From contig CAZULS010000001.1 of NCBI GenBank assembly GCA_964621395.1, positions 615 to 64,614 of the forward strand: DNA of 64,000 bases. The letters run 5' to 3'. The notes beneath the pieces are model-generated. The model made no database searches. It saw nothing but the letters and a program-made list of their open reading frames with translations, and was not told the origin of the DNA. The position numbers and the translations under genes are program-made. This stretch comes from an uncultured Candidatus Saccharibacteria bacterium. Lineage in GTDB: Bacteria > Patescibacteriota > Minisyncoccia > Phycocordibacterales > JACNGX01. Each line of letters begins with the position of its first letter. Position 1 is the first letter of the stretch. Positions 27,440-36,431 of this stretch are shown here, piece by piece.

Positions 27440-28570
27440 CTATGACACTCTCGTATATCCCCCCTCCACGCCTTTGGGTGAAAGGACGATTTGCCAAAGG
27501 TGAACATAACGCGAAGCAAAGGCGCCCGAAAACGATAGAAGATAGTACTTCCACATGCGATAGAAATAGTCGTCGTATTCCGGACTTTCCTTGAGGGCGC
27601 TCCATGCCGCATCAAAGTTCTTGAACCACTCTTTCAAGGTAAGTGAATAATCATGTCCGAAATTATGCCAATCCTCCATCACAAAATATAGCTGTACTGC
27701 CGAGGCCATATACTCAAGAGAGGGGAGTACTCCTCCTGGAAAAATATACTTATCTAACCAGGCATCTCCTACTTTCGTAGTCATGTGACTGCCGACAGTG
27801 TGGAGTAAAAATAAACCATCTGGTTTAAGAAGTTCTCGTACCTTTTTCATGTACGTTTCGTAATACTTCACACCAACAGCTTCAAACATTCCTATTGAGA
27901 CCACTCTGTCAAATTCACCCTCCAATTTGCGATAATCGACCAACTTAATCTCAATCGGTAGACCTTCACAGAGCTCTCGCGCAAGCTTTGCCTGCTCCTC
28001 AGAAACGGTAATACCGACCCCACTCACGCCGTATTTCTCCACAGCGTATTTTAGAAAGCTCCCCCATCCGCAGCCGATATCAAGTACTGTCATTCCCGGC
28101 TCAAGACCGATCTTCCTGCAGATCAAGTCGAGTTTTGCCTCCTGTGCTTCGTCGAGCGTTTTCGCCCCTCCTTGAAAATACCCGCAGGTGTAGACCAAGC
28201 GCTTGTCGAGCATCTTTTCGTACAAGTCGTTGCCAATGTCGTAGTGGTGCTCACCAATATAGTGTGAACGCTTCACATGACCGAGGTCCTGGAAAAGCAT
28301 GCCAAGATACACGGGAATCATATGCATAAGCATGCCTGGGTTCCTTATCTCTTTATCAAGATTCGCGGAAAGCACTTTCTTGAAAAACACATTGAGCGGC
28401 TCAGCATCCCACCAGCCTTCCGAATATGCCTCGCCCAAACCAAGCGTACCGCGCTTCATCACACGGTCGTACAGCTTTTCATTATGCACAACAATATCTC
28501 CCAGATTATTACCGCCGGGTGTAATATCCGCCTTTGCGAGAAGCCCTTCAATGAAAGATTGTTTGTTCAT
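27440..28570 (-). CDS. cfa: Cyclopropane-fatty-acyl-phospholipid synthase
   Basis: SAM-binding VLDIGCGWGS, plus ...DYRK..., FEAVG and YFPGG motifs of the Cfa/mycolic-acid methyltransferase family. Start trimmed to MNKQSF. Confidence 0.85.
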   Translation of the reverse strand: MNKQSFIEGLLAKADITPGGNNLGDIVVHNEKLYDRVMKRGTLGLGEAYSEGWWDAEPLNVFFKKVLSANLDKEIRNPGMLMHMIPVYLGMLFQDLGHVKRSHYIGEHHYDIGNDLYEKMLDKRLVYTCGYFQGGAKTLDEAQEAKLDLICRKIGLEPGMTVLDIGCGWGSFLKYAVEKYGVSGVGITVSEEQAKLARELCEGLPIEIKLVDYRKLEGEFDRVVSIGMFEAVGVKYYETYMKKVRELLKPDGLFLLHTVGSHMTTKVGDAWLDKYIFPGGVLPSLEYMASAVQLYFVMEDWHNFGHDYSLTLKEWFKNFDAAWSALKESPEYDDYFYRMWKYYLLSFSGAFASRYVHLWQIVLSPKGVEGGYTRVS

Positions 28571-28748
28571 ATGAAAGTACAATAACAGAAGGATGCTCAT
28601 TTTTCCAGTAGTAAGCAGAAAAGAAAACGGGCGCCTGACACCACTTTCGATTCTGAAGACAGCATATATTATGATTCAAAAAACACCGTCTCGTAACGGT
28701 GTTTTTTGTAGGAAAATGTAAAAGTGGTGTCAGGCGCGCTCTTTGCTC

Positions 28749-28988
28749 TTACCCCTCCGTATACGATTCCTCAACGATACGAATGAGATTCTTCACAACA
28801 TCAATATGCCGTTTCTCATCTTCGGCAATGCGAGCGATGATTTCTTTATCTTCTTTTTCTTCGGAAGAAAGCTCCTTCCCTTCCAGGAGGCTGAGATATT
28901 CTTCATAGAGTTTCAGCGAACGCTCCTCATATCCCAATCCCTGTGAGAGATTAAAAAGAATATCTTTTTGTGACAGTGGACATTCCAT
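28749..28988 (-). CDS. Small helical protein with E...ExxH-like signatures (possible half-ferritin-like two-helix protein)
   Basis: LYEEYLSLLEG...IAEDEKRHIDVV. Weak family resemblance only. Confidence 0.35.
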   Translation of the reverse strand: MECPLSQKDILFNLSQGLGYEERSLKLYEEYLSLLEGKELSSEEKEDKEIIARIAEDEKRHIDVVKNLIRIVEESYTEG

Positions 28989-29076
28989 ACAAATATACTA
29001 ATCGTTACAAATGTACATATACCTAGAACCCATCTCATATTAAACCGCTCAAAATAACATTTTACACTTCGTGTAA

Positions 29077-29180
29077 GAGCTTGGCAATTCTCGCACTCTC
29101 TATCCGGCTCCGTCTTGTCGCTCAACCGCACCGCACGAATAGTGCGGCACGGTCTCCGCGACATCGTCTCGCTCGAATAG
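29077..29180. repeat. Copy B (reverse orientation) of the ~100-nt structured repeat
   Basis: Reverse complement aligns with 20834-20942 (gagaccgtgccgcactattcgtgcggtgcggttgagcgacaag...gagaattgccaagc). Confidence 0.7.
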
Positions 29181-29307
29181 AAAGCGCGAGAATAAGCCAT
29201 TTAATATGAGATGGGTTCTACAAATAATACAAATGATTTGTGTTTGGTGAATATATTCGCGTATTCGTACCATTCGTATATATTTGTATGTATTCATACA
29301 TTCGGAA

Positions 29308-29535
29308 TTATTGATACTTCTTGATCATTTGACTAATGGCCTCACGATGAAATTCAGAATCGCGCTTGAGTGTTTGTACACCGGAAATAAACTCAGGGCG
29401 CTTTTCTTCGGCAATACAATTCCCCACGTCCACGCGCAACAGCGCGTCGTACAACGCGACCATTGTCTGCTCAATCGTCTCATCTTGCAAAAGATTTTGC
29501 AGAACCTGCTTCATGTCTGTGTGTTCCATAGACAT
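29308..29535 (-). CDS. Small helical protein paralogous in style to 28749-28988 (..EFHREA..)
   Basis: 75-aa ORF (LLQDETIEQTMVALYDALL...DSEFHREAISQMIKKY) on the other side of repeat copy B. Confidence 0.35.
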   Translation of the reverse strand: MSMEHTDMKQVLQNLLQDETIEQTMVALYDALLRVDVGNCIAEEKRPEFISGVQTLKRDSEFHREAISQMIKKYQ

Positions 29536-29640
29536 AGTATAGCAAAAAATATGTGAGAGCGGATGTGGATTATTTCATATTCGCCCCCTTGTTTAGTACC
29601 GTAGTAGCAACAAGGCTTCAAAAATGTTAGCATACAAAAT

Positions 29641-30366
29641 ATGAAAACTGCTGTAGTCACAGGAGCAAGTAAAGGTATCGGTGGAGCCATCGCAATTGCG
29701 TTAGCAAAAGACGGTTATTCGGTAGCAATAAACTTTAAGTCGGATACTAAAGCGGCTAAAAAAATTATTGAAGAATGTAATACATATTCTAAAAACAACC
29801 TGCTTGTACAGAGTGATGTTTCAAAAGAAGATGAAGTTGCAAAAATGTTTGAAATAATAAAATCAAAGTTTGAAAATATTGAAGTGGTTGTCAACAATGT
29901 GGGAGTGTTCGACGAGAAAGACAGCCCTACCAATATCCAAGCGTTTGAACATATCTACCACAATAATTTTTTAAGTTGCGTTCTCACAACAAAGCATGCG
30001 TTACCGCTGATGCAAATAGGAAAAATAGTTAATATCACCTCAATACATGGTAGACTCGGCCATGGTCGACCAGAAGCAACCGCGTATTCAGCATTTAAGG
30101 CAGCTCTTGAGAGTTACACAAAAAATCTCGCGAAGGAGTTGGCGCCGAACATTCTGGTAAATGCGATTGCTCCAGGACGAGTCAATACTCCGATGTGGAG
30201 TGCCAATAAGAAAGAGCGGAAAGAGCTTGGGGAAGTGCACTTAATACAACGCATGATTGAACCGGAAGAAATCGCAGACGGCGTACTCTTTCTCGTAAAA
30301 AACAATGCTGTATGCGGCGAAGTACTAACTATTGACGGTGGCATGGGGTTGGTAACTTTGGGGTGA
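29641..30366 (+). CDS. Short-chain dehydrogenase/reductase (FabG-like 3-oxoacyl-ACP reductase family)
   Basis: TGASKGIGGAIA Rossmann motif, NNVG, and YSAFK catalytic Tyr/Lys. Confidence 0.9.
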   Translation: MKTAVVTGASKGIGGAIAIALAKDGYSVAINFKSDTKAAKKIIEECNTYSKNNLLVQSDVSKEDEVAKMFEIIKSKFENIEVVVNNVGVFDEKDSPTNIQAFEHIYHNNFLSCVLTTKHALPLMQIGKIVNITSIHGRLGHGRPEATAYSAFKAALESYTKNLAKELAPNILVNAIAPGRVNTPMWSANKKERKELGEVHLIQRMIEPEEIADGVLFLVKNNAVCGEVLTIDGGMGLVTLG

Positions 30367-30447
30367 TTGTATGGAAGATCAACTTATTTTGTGTCTGTTT
30401 ACAAACAAAACAAAACCGTGTAGGATAACGAGACTGGTTCTAACACT

Positions 30448-30531
30448 GCGCGAGTGGCGAAACAGTAGACGCGCTAGCTTGAGGGGCTAGTGTCCATTGC
30501 GGACGTGGAGGTGCGAATCCTCTCTCGCGCA
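30448..30531 (+). tRNA. tRNA-Leu (anticodon GAG), long variable arm
   Basis: Acceptor GCGCGAG/CUCGCGC. Anticodon stem-loop CUAGC-UUGAGGG-GCUAG. Long variable arm. T-arm GGAGG-UGCGAAU-CCUCU. Followed by hairpin 30541-30579. Confidence 0.8.
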
Positions 30532-30634
30532 CCGTAAATAAGGAAGCGGGCGGCAACCAACGGTTGCCACCCGCTTCCTTGCTTCTTCCGCCGTAATTCT
30601 TTATTCTTAACTCGTTATTCGTTATTCAATTATT

Positions 30635-30716
30635 GCCCGGGTGGTGAAATTGGTAGACACGTACGCTTCAGGTGCGTATGCCGAAAGGTGTGGAGGTTCG
30701 AGTCCTCTCCCGGGCA
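30635..30716 (+). tRNA. tRNA-Leu (anticodon CAG), long variable arm
   Basis: Acceptor GCCCGGG/CCCGGGC. Anticodon stem-loop UACGC-UUCAGGU-GCGUA. Variable arm UGCCGAAAGGUGU. T-arm GGAGG-UUCGAGU-CCUCU. Confidence 0.85.
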
Positions 30717-30763
30717 CAACCTAATAAAAAGCCCGTAATAACCACATGATTACGGGCTGTTTC

Positions 30764-31177
30764 TTATTTTGTTGCGACAAATACAAGTTGATGCTTCGCA
30801 AGAACTTTCCCTTCATTCTCAAATACGACATCTGTAAGGCCTTTCATGCGAAGACTATCTTCACGTAAAATTATTACCTCGACAAACAAATCAACTTCGT
30901 GGTTCATGGGGATTTCCTTGAAATAACACCCAGAATTGGAAACAACTCTCATATTTGAAAAAAGAAGTCCTCTTTTCGCTGCTGTGTGTGCCATGTTCCA
31001 AATAGCAAACTCTTGATGGGTCATGTTTACATGATCACGATCCACAAGAGACTGGTCAACTTCTGGATTAAAAAGCACTTTACCTCTAAACGTAAAGCCA
31101 CTTAATGATGTCTTTTTAAACTCGCCCGACTGTAAATAGTGTGGACGCGGCGTTCCATGTAAAATTATTTTCTTCAT
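30764..31177 (-). CDS. Hotdog-fold acyl-CoA thioesterase-like protein (tentative)
   Basis: DRDHVNMTHQEFAIW resembles the 4HBT D-x-x-HVNN..Y motif. 137 aa. Confidence 0.45.
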   Translation of the reverse strand: MKKIILHGTPRPHYLQSGEFKKTSLSGFTFRGKVLFNPEVDQSLVDRDHVNMTHQEFAIWNMAHTAAKRGLLFSNMRVVSNSGCYFKEIPMNHEVDLFVEVIILREDSLRMKGLTDVVFENEGKVLAKHQLVFVATK

Positions 31178-31330
31178 TTTACTTCCCCTTTTTGTTAATC
31201 AAAGTATCACGATCCAATACCATCGTAAAAAACAAAAGTGAGTGTATAAACTGTCTTGGATAAAAATTCTCCTTCAAAACGTCATTTCATTGACAACAAT
31301 ACATATTTAAGTATAAAATGACGACATTAT

Positions 31331-32119
31331 ATGTCGTCGAAAAAATCTCTACAAGAAGAGCTTGGGGAAATCGGATTGACCAAACAAGAATCAATCATAT
31401 ATTTATCTTGCCTGCATAATCCCAAAACAACGCCTTCTAAGCTCTCAAAAGAAACTGGTATTGCACGGACCAGCATATATCCGATTATTCAAAAATTGTT
31501 GGATAAACACTTTCTTTACCAAAAAACTTTTTCTAAAAAGAAATATCTGTTTCCTTACCCCCCTTCAAAAGCCCTCGACACAGCTACACACGCCGCACAG
31601 GTACAGGCAGATTGCATCGCGCGTGTCGCTGAAAGACTATCTGAAAGACTCAAAGAAAGTGAGAAACAGCTACCTCTCAGTGCAGATACAGGTGCCTCAT
31701 TCTTATATGGGAAACAGGGTGTGAGGGATTTGGTTCAAAGAGTACTCGAAGAGAAAGAAGATATTTATTGGCTGGGTCCTTCAAATATTTTTCTTGATCT
31801 CAATAAAGAACAGCAAAGAGAGTTGTTCCAGCGTTTATCCGTAAAACGTATGGACGAAAACACCACAGCATTTGCAATAACAGACAATAATTTTATGACA
31901 AGCTCTTATTTCCATGGAGGATCAGAGACCTTCAGGCAGCTTCGTATTGTAACAATCCCTCAAGAAATCACCTCCATGGTATTTGCCACGGGAGATTTGT
32001 GCGGTTTAGTGAAATCGCTTGGCAATAAATCGGAAGTGCTTATTCTTAGAAATAGGGAATATGCCCATATCATGCGATTTGCATTACACACTTTGTGGCA
32101 ACATCTGAAAGAAGTATAA
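31331..32119 (+). CDS. TrmB-family helix-turn-helix transcriptional regulator
   Basis: N-terminal LGLTKQESIIYLSCLHNPKTTPSKLSKETGIARTSIYPIIQKLLDKHFL, a TrmB-type HTH. Terminator hairpin at 32120-32149. Confidence 0.65.
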   Translation: MSSKKSLQEELGEIGLTKQESIIYLSCLHNPKTTPSKLSKETGIARTSIYPIIQKLLDKHFLYQKTFSKKKYLFPYPPSKALDTATHAAQVQADCIARVAERLSERLKESEKQLPLSADTGASFLYGKQGVRDLVQRVLEEKEDIYWLGPSNIFLDLNKEQQRELFQRLSVKRMDENTTAFAITDNNFMTSSYFHGGSETFRQLRIVTIPQEITSMVFATGDLCGLVKSLGNKSEVLILRNREYAHIMRFALHTLWQHLKEV

Positions 32120-32258
32120 AAAAACACCGCGCGCGAGCGCGGTGTTTTTGGTTGCGTATTATTTAGTCCTTTTTCTCTTCTTCTTCAGAAGCTTCTTCCA
32201 TATTTTCACTTCTCCGTTCTTGCATAGAAGGGAGGAAGAGGTATAATGAAAAATAAGC

Positions 32259-32534
32259 ATGAATCCGGACGAATCACCAAACATAACATTCGAGAGCGAA
32301 GATCATCAACAGCCGGTCCACTCAACCCAACCGCAGACACCCAAAATTGTGCGGCGGGTTATTAAATATTCTGGCGGATATGTGAAGAACGAGAAGCAGG
32401 CGACGTATATCCTTATTGGGTTTGTGGTGGTAGCAATTATTGTTACTTTTCTTTTTGTAAATGCAAGCAGAGATACTAGTTACACTGTGCGCCAACAAGA
32501 ACAAGCACCGACAGGATGGTCTTCGCAACAATGA
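32259..32534 (+). CDS. Small membrane protein upstream of the pilin gene
   Basis: Single TM (ATYILIGFVVVAIIVTFLFV). Ends immediately before the prepilin gene. Confidence 0.5.
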   Translation: MNPDESPNITFESEDHQQPVHSTQPQTPKIVRRVIKYSGGYVKNEKQATYILIGFVVVAIIVTFLFVNASRDTSYTVRQQEQAPTGWSSQQ

Positions 32535-32536
32535 TT

Positions 32537-33028
32537 ATGAGTAATAAGTTTTCAACAAGCGGAGGATTCACTCTGATAGAACTTTTGGTTGTTATCGCGA
32601 TCATCGGTGTTCTATCATCAGCTGTACTTGCTAGTCTAAACTCTGCCAGGCTAAAGGCAAACGATGCTCGGCGCATTTCTGATTTGCACCAGATTCAAAC
32701 GGCGCTTGAGCTATATTACGACTCGAGCAACAGTTATCCGAGCGGAAGTTTTGATTCACGTGTCGGTGGTGAGTGGACGACTTTTTCCGGTTATCTTTCG
32801 CCTGCATATATGCCGACGGTACCAGTTGACCCGAGAAACGGATCTGGCGAAGGAGCCATGTGCGGAAACTGCGGCGAATATTATTACAGTTCTACAGATG
32901 GGCAGAAATACGTAATTTCTACATATTTAGCTATTGATGGCTCTCTTACCACAAACTCAAATCAATACGGTCCATATCATTCAGTAACTTCTGGGTGTAC
33001 CCCATCGACATTTTGGGCTTGCGATTAA
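32537..33028 (+). CDS. Type IV pilin (prepilin with N-terminal methylation motif)
   Basis: MSNKFSTSGG|FTLIELLVVIAIIGVLSS leader and cleavage/methylation motif. The ORF track starts upstream at 32516 (MVFATMIM), so 32531/32537 are the likely true starts. Confidence 0.8.
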   Translation: MSNKFSTSGGFTLIELLVVIAIIGVLSSAVLASLNSARLKANDARRISDLHQIQTALELYYDSSNSYPSGSFDSRVGGEWTTFSGYLSPAYMPTVPVDPRNGSGEGAMCGNCGEYYYSSTDGQKYVISTYLAIDGSLTTNSNQYGPYHSVTSGCTPSTFWACD

Positions 33029-33105
33029 AATATCTTTGAAAAAGAAATAGGTCAGCGCTGCAGTAAAAAACACCGCGCGTGAGCGCGATGTTTTCTATGT
33101 ATGTA

Positions 33106-33834
33106 TTATTTTTCTTTTTTATCTTCTTCCTTGACCGACGCATCTTCAGATGCGTTTAGGTCGGCAGGAGTTCCTTCAACCTTCTCTTCCGTTTCGGTAG
33201 AAGCCTCTTCTGCTTTTTCTTCAACAGCTTCTTCAGCTTGAGACGTTTCTTCCTTTGGCTCTTCCGAAGCCGGAGCAGCTTCCGTATTTTCTACCACTTC
33301 GTTTGTTTCCGTTGCTTCAGTTGCAACCTCTTCATTTTCTACTTTCGGTTCTTCCGTGACCGACACATCTTCTGATGTGTTTAGGTCAATCACCTCTTCA
33401 ACCTCTTCCTCTTTGGCCGACTCCGCTTCAGCGGAGTTTAGGTTCTTTGTGAGGTCAGGCAATGCAATACCGAAGAGATTCTTGACCTTGCGGCGAATCT
33501 CCTTCGCGGTCTTCTCGCGGATGAAGTAGAGCTTTGCGCGACGCGCCTTCGAACGGCGCACAAGTTCGATTTTGTCGATATTCGGCGAATACAGCGGAAA
33601 TGTTCGCTCTACACCCACACCGCTTGCAATCTTGCGCACGGTGAATGTCGCACCCGGCTCGGATCCGTGCTTGCGGGAAATCACCAATCCTTCAAATGCC
33701 TGAAGACGGGTCTTCCCCTTTTCCTCCACCTTGGAATATACACGCACTGTGTCTCCGGGGCGAATATCCATACCCTTGCGATGCGATACATCAGCCGGGG
33801 AAAGCGCAATCGTTGTCTTGTCGATCATGTTCAT
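33106..33834 (-). CDS. rplS: 50S ribosomal protein L19 with a ~120-aa acidic C-terminal tail
   Basis: Core [36 protein letters not shown]...LYFIR. The tail is Glu-rich, with repeats [13 protein letters not shown] and [13 protein letters not shown]. Confidence 0.9.
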   Translation of the reverse strand: MNMIDKTTIALSPADVSHRKGMDIRPGDTVRVYSKVEEKGKTRLQAFEGLVISRKHGSEPGATFTVRKIASGVGVERTFPLYSPNIDKIELVRRSKARRAKLYFIREKTAKEIRRKVKNLFGIALPDLTKNLNSAEAESAKEEEVEEVIDLNTSEDVSVTEEPKVENEEVATEATETNEVVENTEAAPASEEPKEETSQAEEAVEEKAEEASTETEEKVEGTPADLNASEDASVKEEDKKEK

Positions 33835-33856
33835 ATTAGTTATAGTGGCTCAGATG

Positions 33857-34639
33857 TTAGCACAATTCGTCAAAGCGAGCAAGCGCCTGCACAAAATCCT
33901 CGGGAAATGCCGCCTCATATGATGCCTCCTCCCCTCCCGGCAAGCGCAAGTGAATACGGTACGCATGCAACGCGCTCCGAGAAAAGCCAAGCACCGGATC
34001 ACTCTCGCCCGTAATCCTATCGGTTGCGTATGTCATATCTTGGACGATTGGATGCCGAATGCCTCCGAGATGCACACGGATTTGATGCGTTCGTCCTGTA
34101 TGCGGGAAAAGCGCAAGGTACGAATACCCGTTTTTTTCTCCCAACACGGTATAATCGGTACGCGCCTCGCGAAGCTCCCCGCGAGCTTCAGCCCCGGCAG
34201 CACGCTTTGTCATACTTCCGCCGCTTCTGCCAATCGGCGCATCAAGAACACCGCGCTTTTTGGCAAAACTTCCATAGGCAAACGCACGGTATTCCTTCCG
34301 AATCTTTTTATCTTGAAACTGGCGCTTCAAATACAAATACATCGGTTGCGTTTTAGCGATAAGAATCACACCGGACGTGTCGCGATCAAGGCGATGCACA
34401 ATGCCCGGACGCGGCAACACCTCTCCTTCGGGTGTGCGCATTTCCTCACCCACGTCCGCACACGCCGGACACTTCTCAAGAATCCAGTCGGCAAGGGTTG
34501 GTTCGCCATTCCTTCCATCAGCATGCGTTAACAGCCTGGACGGTTTATCCACCACCAGAAGTTCGTCGGATTCAAAAAGGATACCGGGATTACTTCCCTC
34601 TGTTTTGTTGCCGCTTTCCATATGCGTGGAGAATATCAT
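33857..34639 (-). CDS. RluA-family pseudouridine synthase
   Basis: HRLDRDTSGVILIAKT catalytic motif. Start trimmed to avoid overlap with uppS (MIFSTHMESGN). Confidence 0.8.
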   Translation of the reverse strand: MIFSTHMESGNKTEGSNPGILFESDELLVVDKPSRLLTHADGRNGEPTLADWILEKCPACADVGEEMRTPEGEVLPRPGIVHRLDRDTSGVILIAKTQPMYLYLKRQFQDKKIRKEYRAFAYGSFAKKRGVLDAPIGRSGGSMTKRAAGAEARGELREARTDYTVLGEKNGYSYLALFPHTGRTHQIRVHLGGIRHPIVQDMTYATDRITGESDPVLGFSRSALHAYRIHLRLPGGEEASYEAAFPEDFVQALARFDELC

Positions 34640-35273
34640 CAAACTCTTCTTTGGTAAACGCAGGCCAATACGTATCAATAAAAAAGAGCTCACTATACGC
34701 ACTTTGCCACAGAAGAAAATTTGAAAGACGCTTTTGTCCGCCAGTGCGGATGATTAAGTCGGGATCAGGAATACCTGCCGTCCAGAGCTTTTCTCCAAAC
34801 GTCTCCTCGGTGAGTGCCCCTCTTTCTTCCTCCGACATATTCTTTACCGCTTCCACAATTTCCGCCCGCCCGCCATACGAAGCAGCGACCACAAGCGTTA
34901 GCTCCGCTTCATCGGTGTCAGTCTCGCGTTCCATGTATGCAAACTTTTCACGAAGTGTATCCGAGAGACGATTTCGCTGTCCAATCACTTGCACACGCAC
35001 TTTCTCTTTCTTTGCCACGTGTGTATACACTCGAGTAAATTCGAGTGCGACTTCCTTGAGATCCGACACCTCTTCTTCCGAACGTCTCCAGTTTTCCGTC
35101 GAAAACGCATAGACAATGAGATATTGCACGCCGGCGTCTTTTGCCCATGCTACGCAATCAAGGAGTTTTTTCATCCCCTCTCGGTGTCCCTCATGAACAG
35201 ACATATTCCGTTCTCTCGCCCACCGACGATTCCCATCCATCATAATGCCGATTGTTTTAGGGGTAGTATCCAT
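34590..35273 (-). CDS. uppS: Undecaprenyl-diphosphate synthase (isoprenyl transferase)
   Basis: IGIMMDGNRRWA...AFSTENWRR...LLWQSAYSELFF motifs. Confidence 0.9.
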   Translation of the reverse strand: MDTTPKTIGIMMDGNRRWARERNMSVHEGHREGMKKLLDCVAWAKDAGVQYLIVYAFSTENWRRSEEEVSDLKEVALEFTRVYTHVAKKEKVRVQVIGQRNRLSDTLREKFAYMERETDTDEAELTLVVAASYGGRAEIVEAVKNMSEEERGALTEETFGEKLWTAGIPDPDLIIRTGGQKRLSNFLLWQSAYSELFFIDTYWPAFTKEEFDDILHAYGKRQQNRGK

Positions 35274-35287
35274 AAAAATTCACTTGC

Positions 35288-35340
35288 TGTCATCCCGCAC
35301 TCGACCCTACACCGCAAGCGGTCGGACACAATGCGGGATC
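35288..35340. repeat. Stem-loop family element with a 27-nt internal insertion (tgtcatcccgca-ctcgaccctacaccgcaagcggtcggacacaa-tgcgggatc)
   Basis: Same termini as the 26-nt elements but with an expanded loop. A degenerate copy lies at 35373-35398. Confidence 0.6.
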
Positions 35341-35404
35341 TATAGGTTAATACAACCATTCGCTTCTGCTTGGATTCCGGGTCAAGCCCGGAATAACAAA
35401 ATTA

Positions 35405-35719
35405 TTACACCACACTTTTTCCGTTCTCAAGAGGACGGTCCTTTCGGAGCATAATTCGAAAATCGCCCAGGGCACCCTCCGCATCATGTTCCATATACGA
35501 CACATCTTCCACATTCGCCCATGGCGGACCTTTTTGCATATCCTTAAGAAGGATGGCGAACTTGTTCTTCTCCCCTTCTGCAATAAAGCCGACTGTGCCG
35601 TCGGCATTGTTCCACACACGCCCGACAATACCATATTTGGAAGCTTTTCGTCGGACAAAATCTCGAAACATCACGCCCTGTACCTTCCCCAACACAATTC
35701 CTTCATATCGCTTTCGCAT
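35405..35719 (-). CDS. acyP: Acylphosphatase
   Basis: VQGVMFRDFV motif. 104 aa. Confidence 0.85.
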   Translation of the reverse strand: MRKRYEGIVLGKVQGVMFRDFVRRKASKYGIVGRVWNNADGTVGFIAEGEKNKFAILLKDMQKGPPWANVEDVSYMEHDAEGALGDFRIMLRKDRPLENGKSVV

Positions 35720-35823
35720 TGCACAATCATAGCATAGTTAGCTTATAGCTTATAGCTTTTGGCTTATAGGAAATTCAAAATTATTGCAAAAAAGAAGGAT
35801 ATGCTGTATAGTATTTCTCACGC

Positions 35824-35897
35824 GGGCGATTAGCTCAGTTGGCTAGAGCAATCCGTTTACACCGGAAAGGTCGGGGGTTCAAGTCCCTCATCGCCCA
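35824..35897 (+). tRNA. tRNA-Val (anticodon UAC)
   Basis: GGGCGAUUAGCUCAGUUGGCUAGAGC-A-AUCCG-UUUACAC-CGGAA..GGGGGUUCAAGUCCCUCAUCGCCCA. Terminator hairpin at 35900-35943. Confidence 0.85.
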
Positions 35898-35943
35898 CAA
35901 ATACACGAGCGCGGAGCATGACTCCGCGCTCGTTTTGTATTTG

Positions 35944-36152
35944 TGTGGCGATGAGGGACTTGAAGAGAGCTGTGCGCGAAGCCCGACAAGATTTATCTTG
36001 TCGGAGCACGGCGACGGGGTCGCGAGTTCTTAGTAAATTGCGAATACTTGGAGCAATATACTTAGAACTGGTGACCAAGTCCCTCATCAAAAAAATCCCG
36101 AAGCATGCCTTCGGGACCTTTGATTTTGTAGGACGATGAGGGACTTGAAAGC
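35944..36152. repeat. Inverted and direct partial copies of the tRNA-Val 3' end (tgtggcgatgagggacttgaa; caagtccctcatc; gacgatgagggacttgaaagc)
   Basis: Fragments at 35944-35964 (inverted), 36070-36088 (direct) and 36132-36152 (inverted), all downstream of the tRNA-Val gene. Confidence 0.7.
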
Positions 36153-36230
36153 CGCAGGCCGCGAAGCCGATTCCGACTTTCGGAGGAATCGAGGCCGAGG
36201 CGGGGTGAGAAAGCGAATGCCTGGAACTTT

Positions 36231-36306
36231 CGCAAGGTCTTTTGAGATATATTGAAAGGCTTTGCTTGAACAATATATCCAAAAGGTGTACTGCTCCTGT
36301 AAGGAG
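36231..36306. repeat. Copy A of a conserved ~75-nt module (..ttgagatatattg-aaaggctttgcttgaa-caatatatcc..ggtgtactgctcctgtaaggagg)
   Basis: Homologous copies at 48315-48393 and 48155-48228. The stem sequence differs between copies but the base pairing is retained. Confidence 0.7.
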
Positions 36307-36431
36307 GCAACACTTTGCGGATTATGAGCTTTAGCGAAATAATACGCTTAGTGATTCGTGATCGAGTCCATTACACTTACCTTCAATTTCCCCATGTATG
36401 GTATCTGAAAAATTTTTGATATAATTGTGGT

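Noticed and set aside
34432-35112. 226-aa plus-strand ORF
   Set aside because: Antisense to uppS and rluA.
35898-36430. Integrase or recombinase expected next to the tRNA-derived att-like repeats
   Set aside because: Searched both strands of the tRNA-Val to MTase interval and the tRNA-Ser array. There are no ORFs longer than ~70 aa and no tyrosine- or serine-recombinase motifs. Whatever mobilised these repeats is not encoded here.
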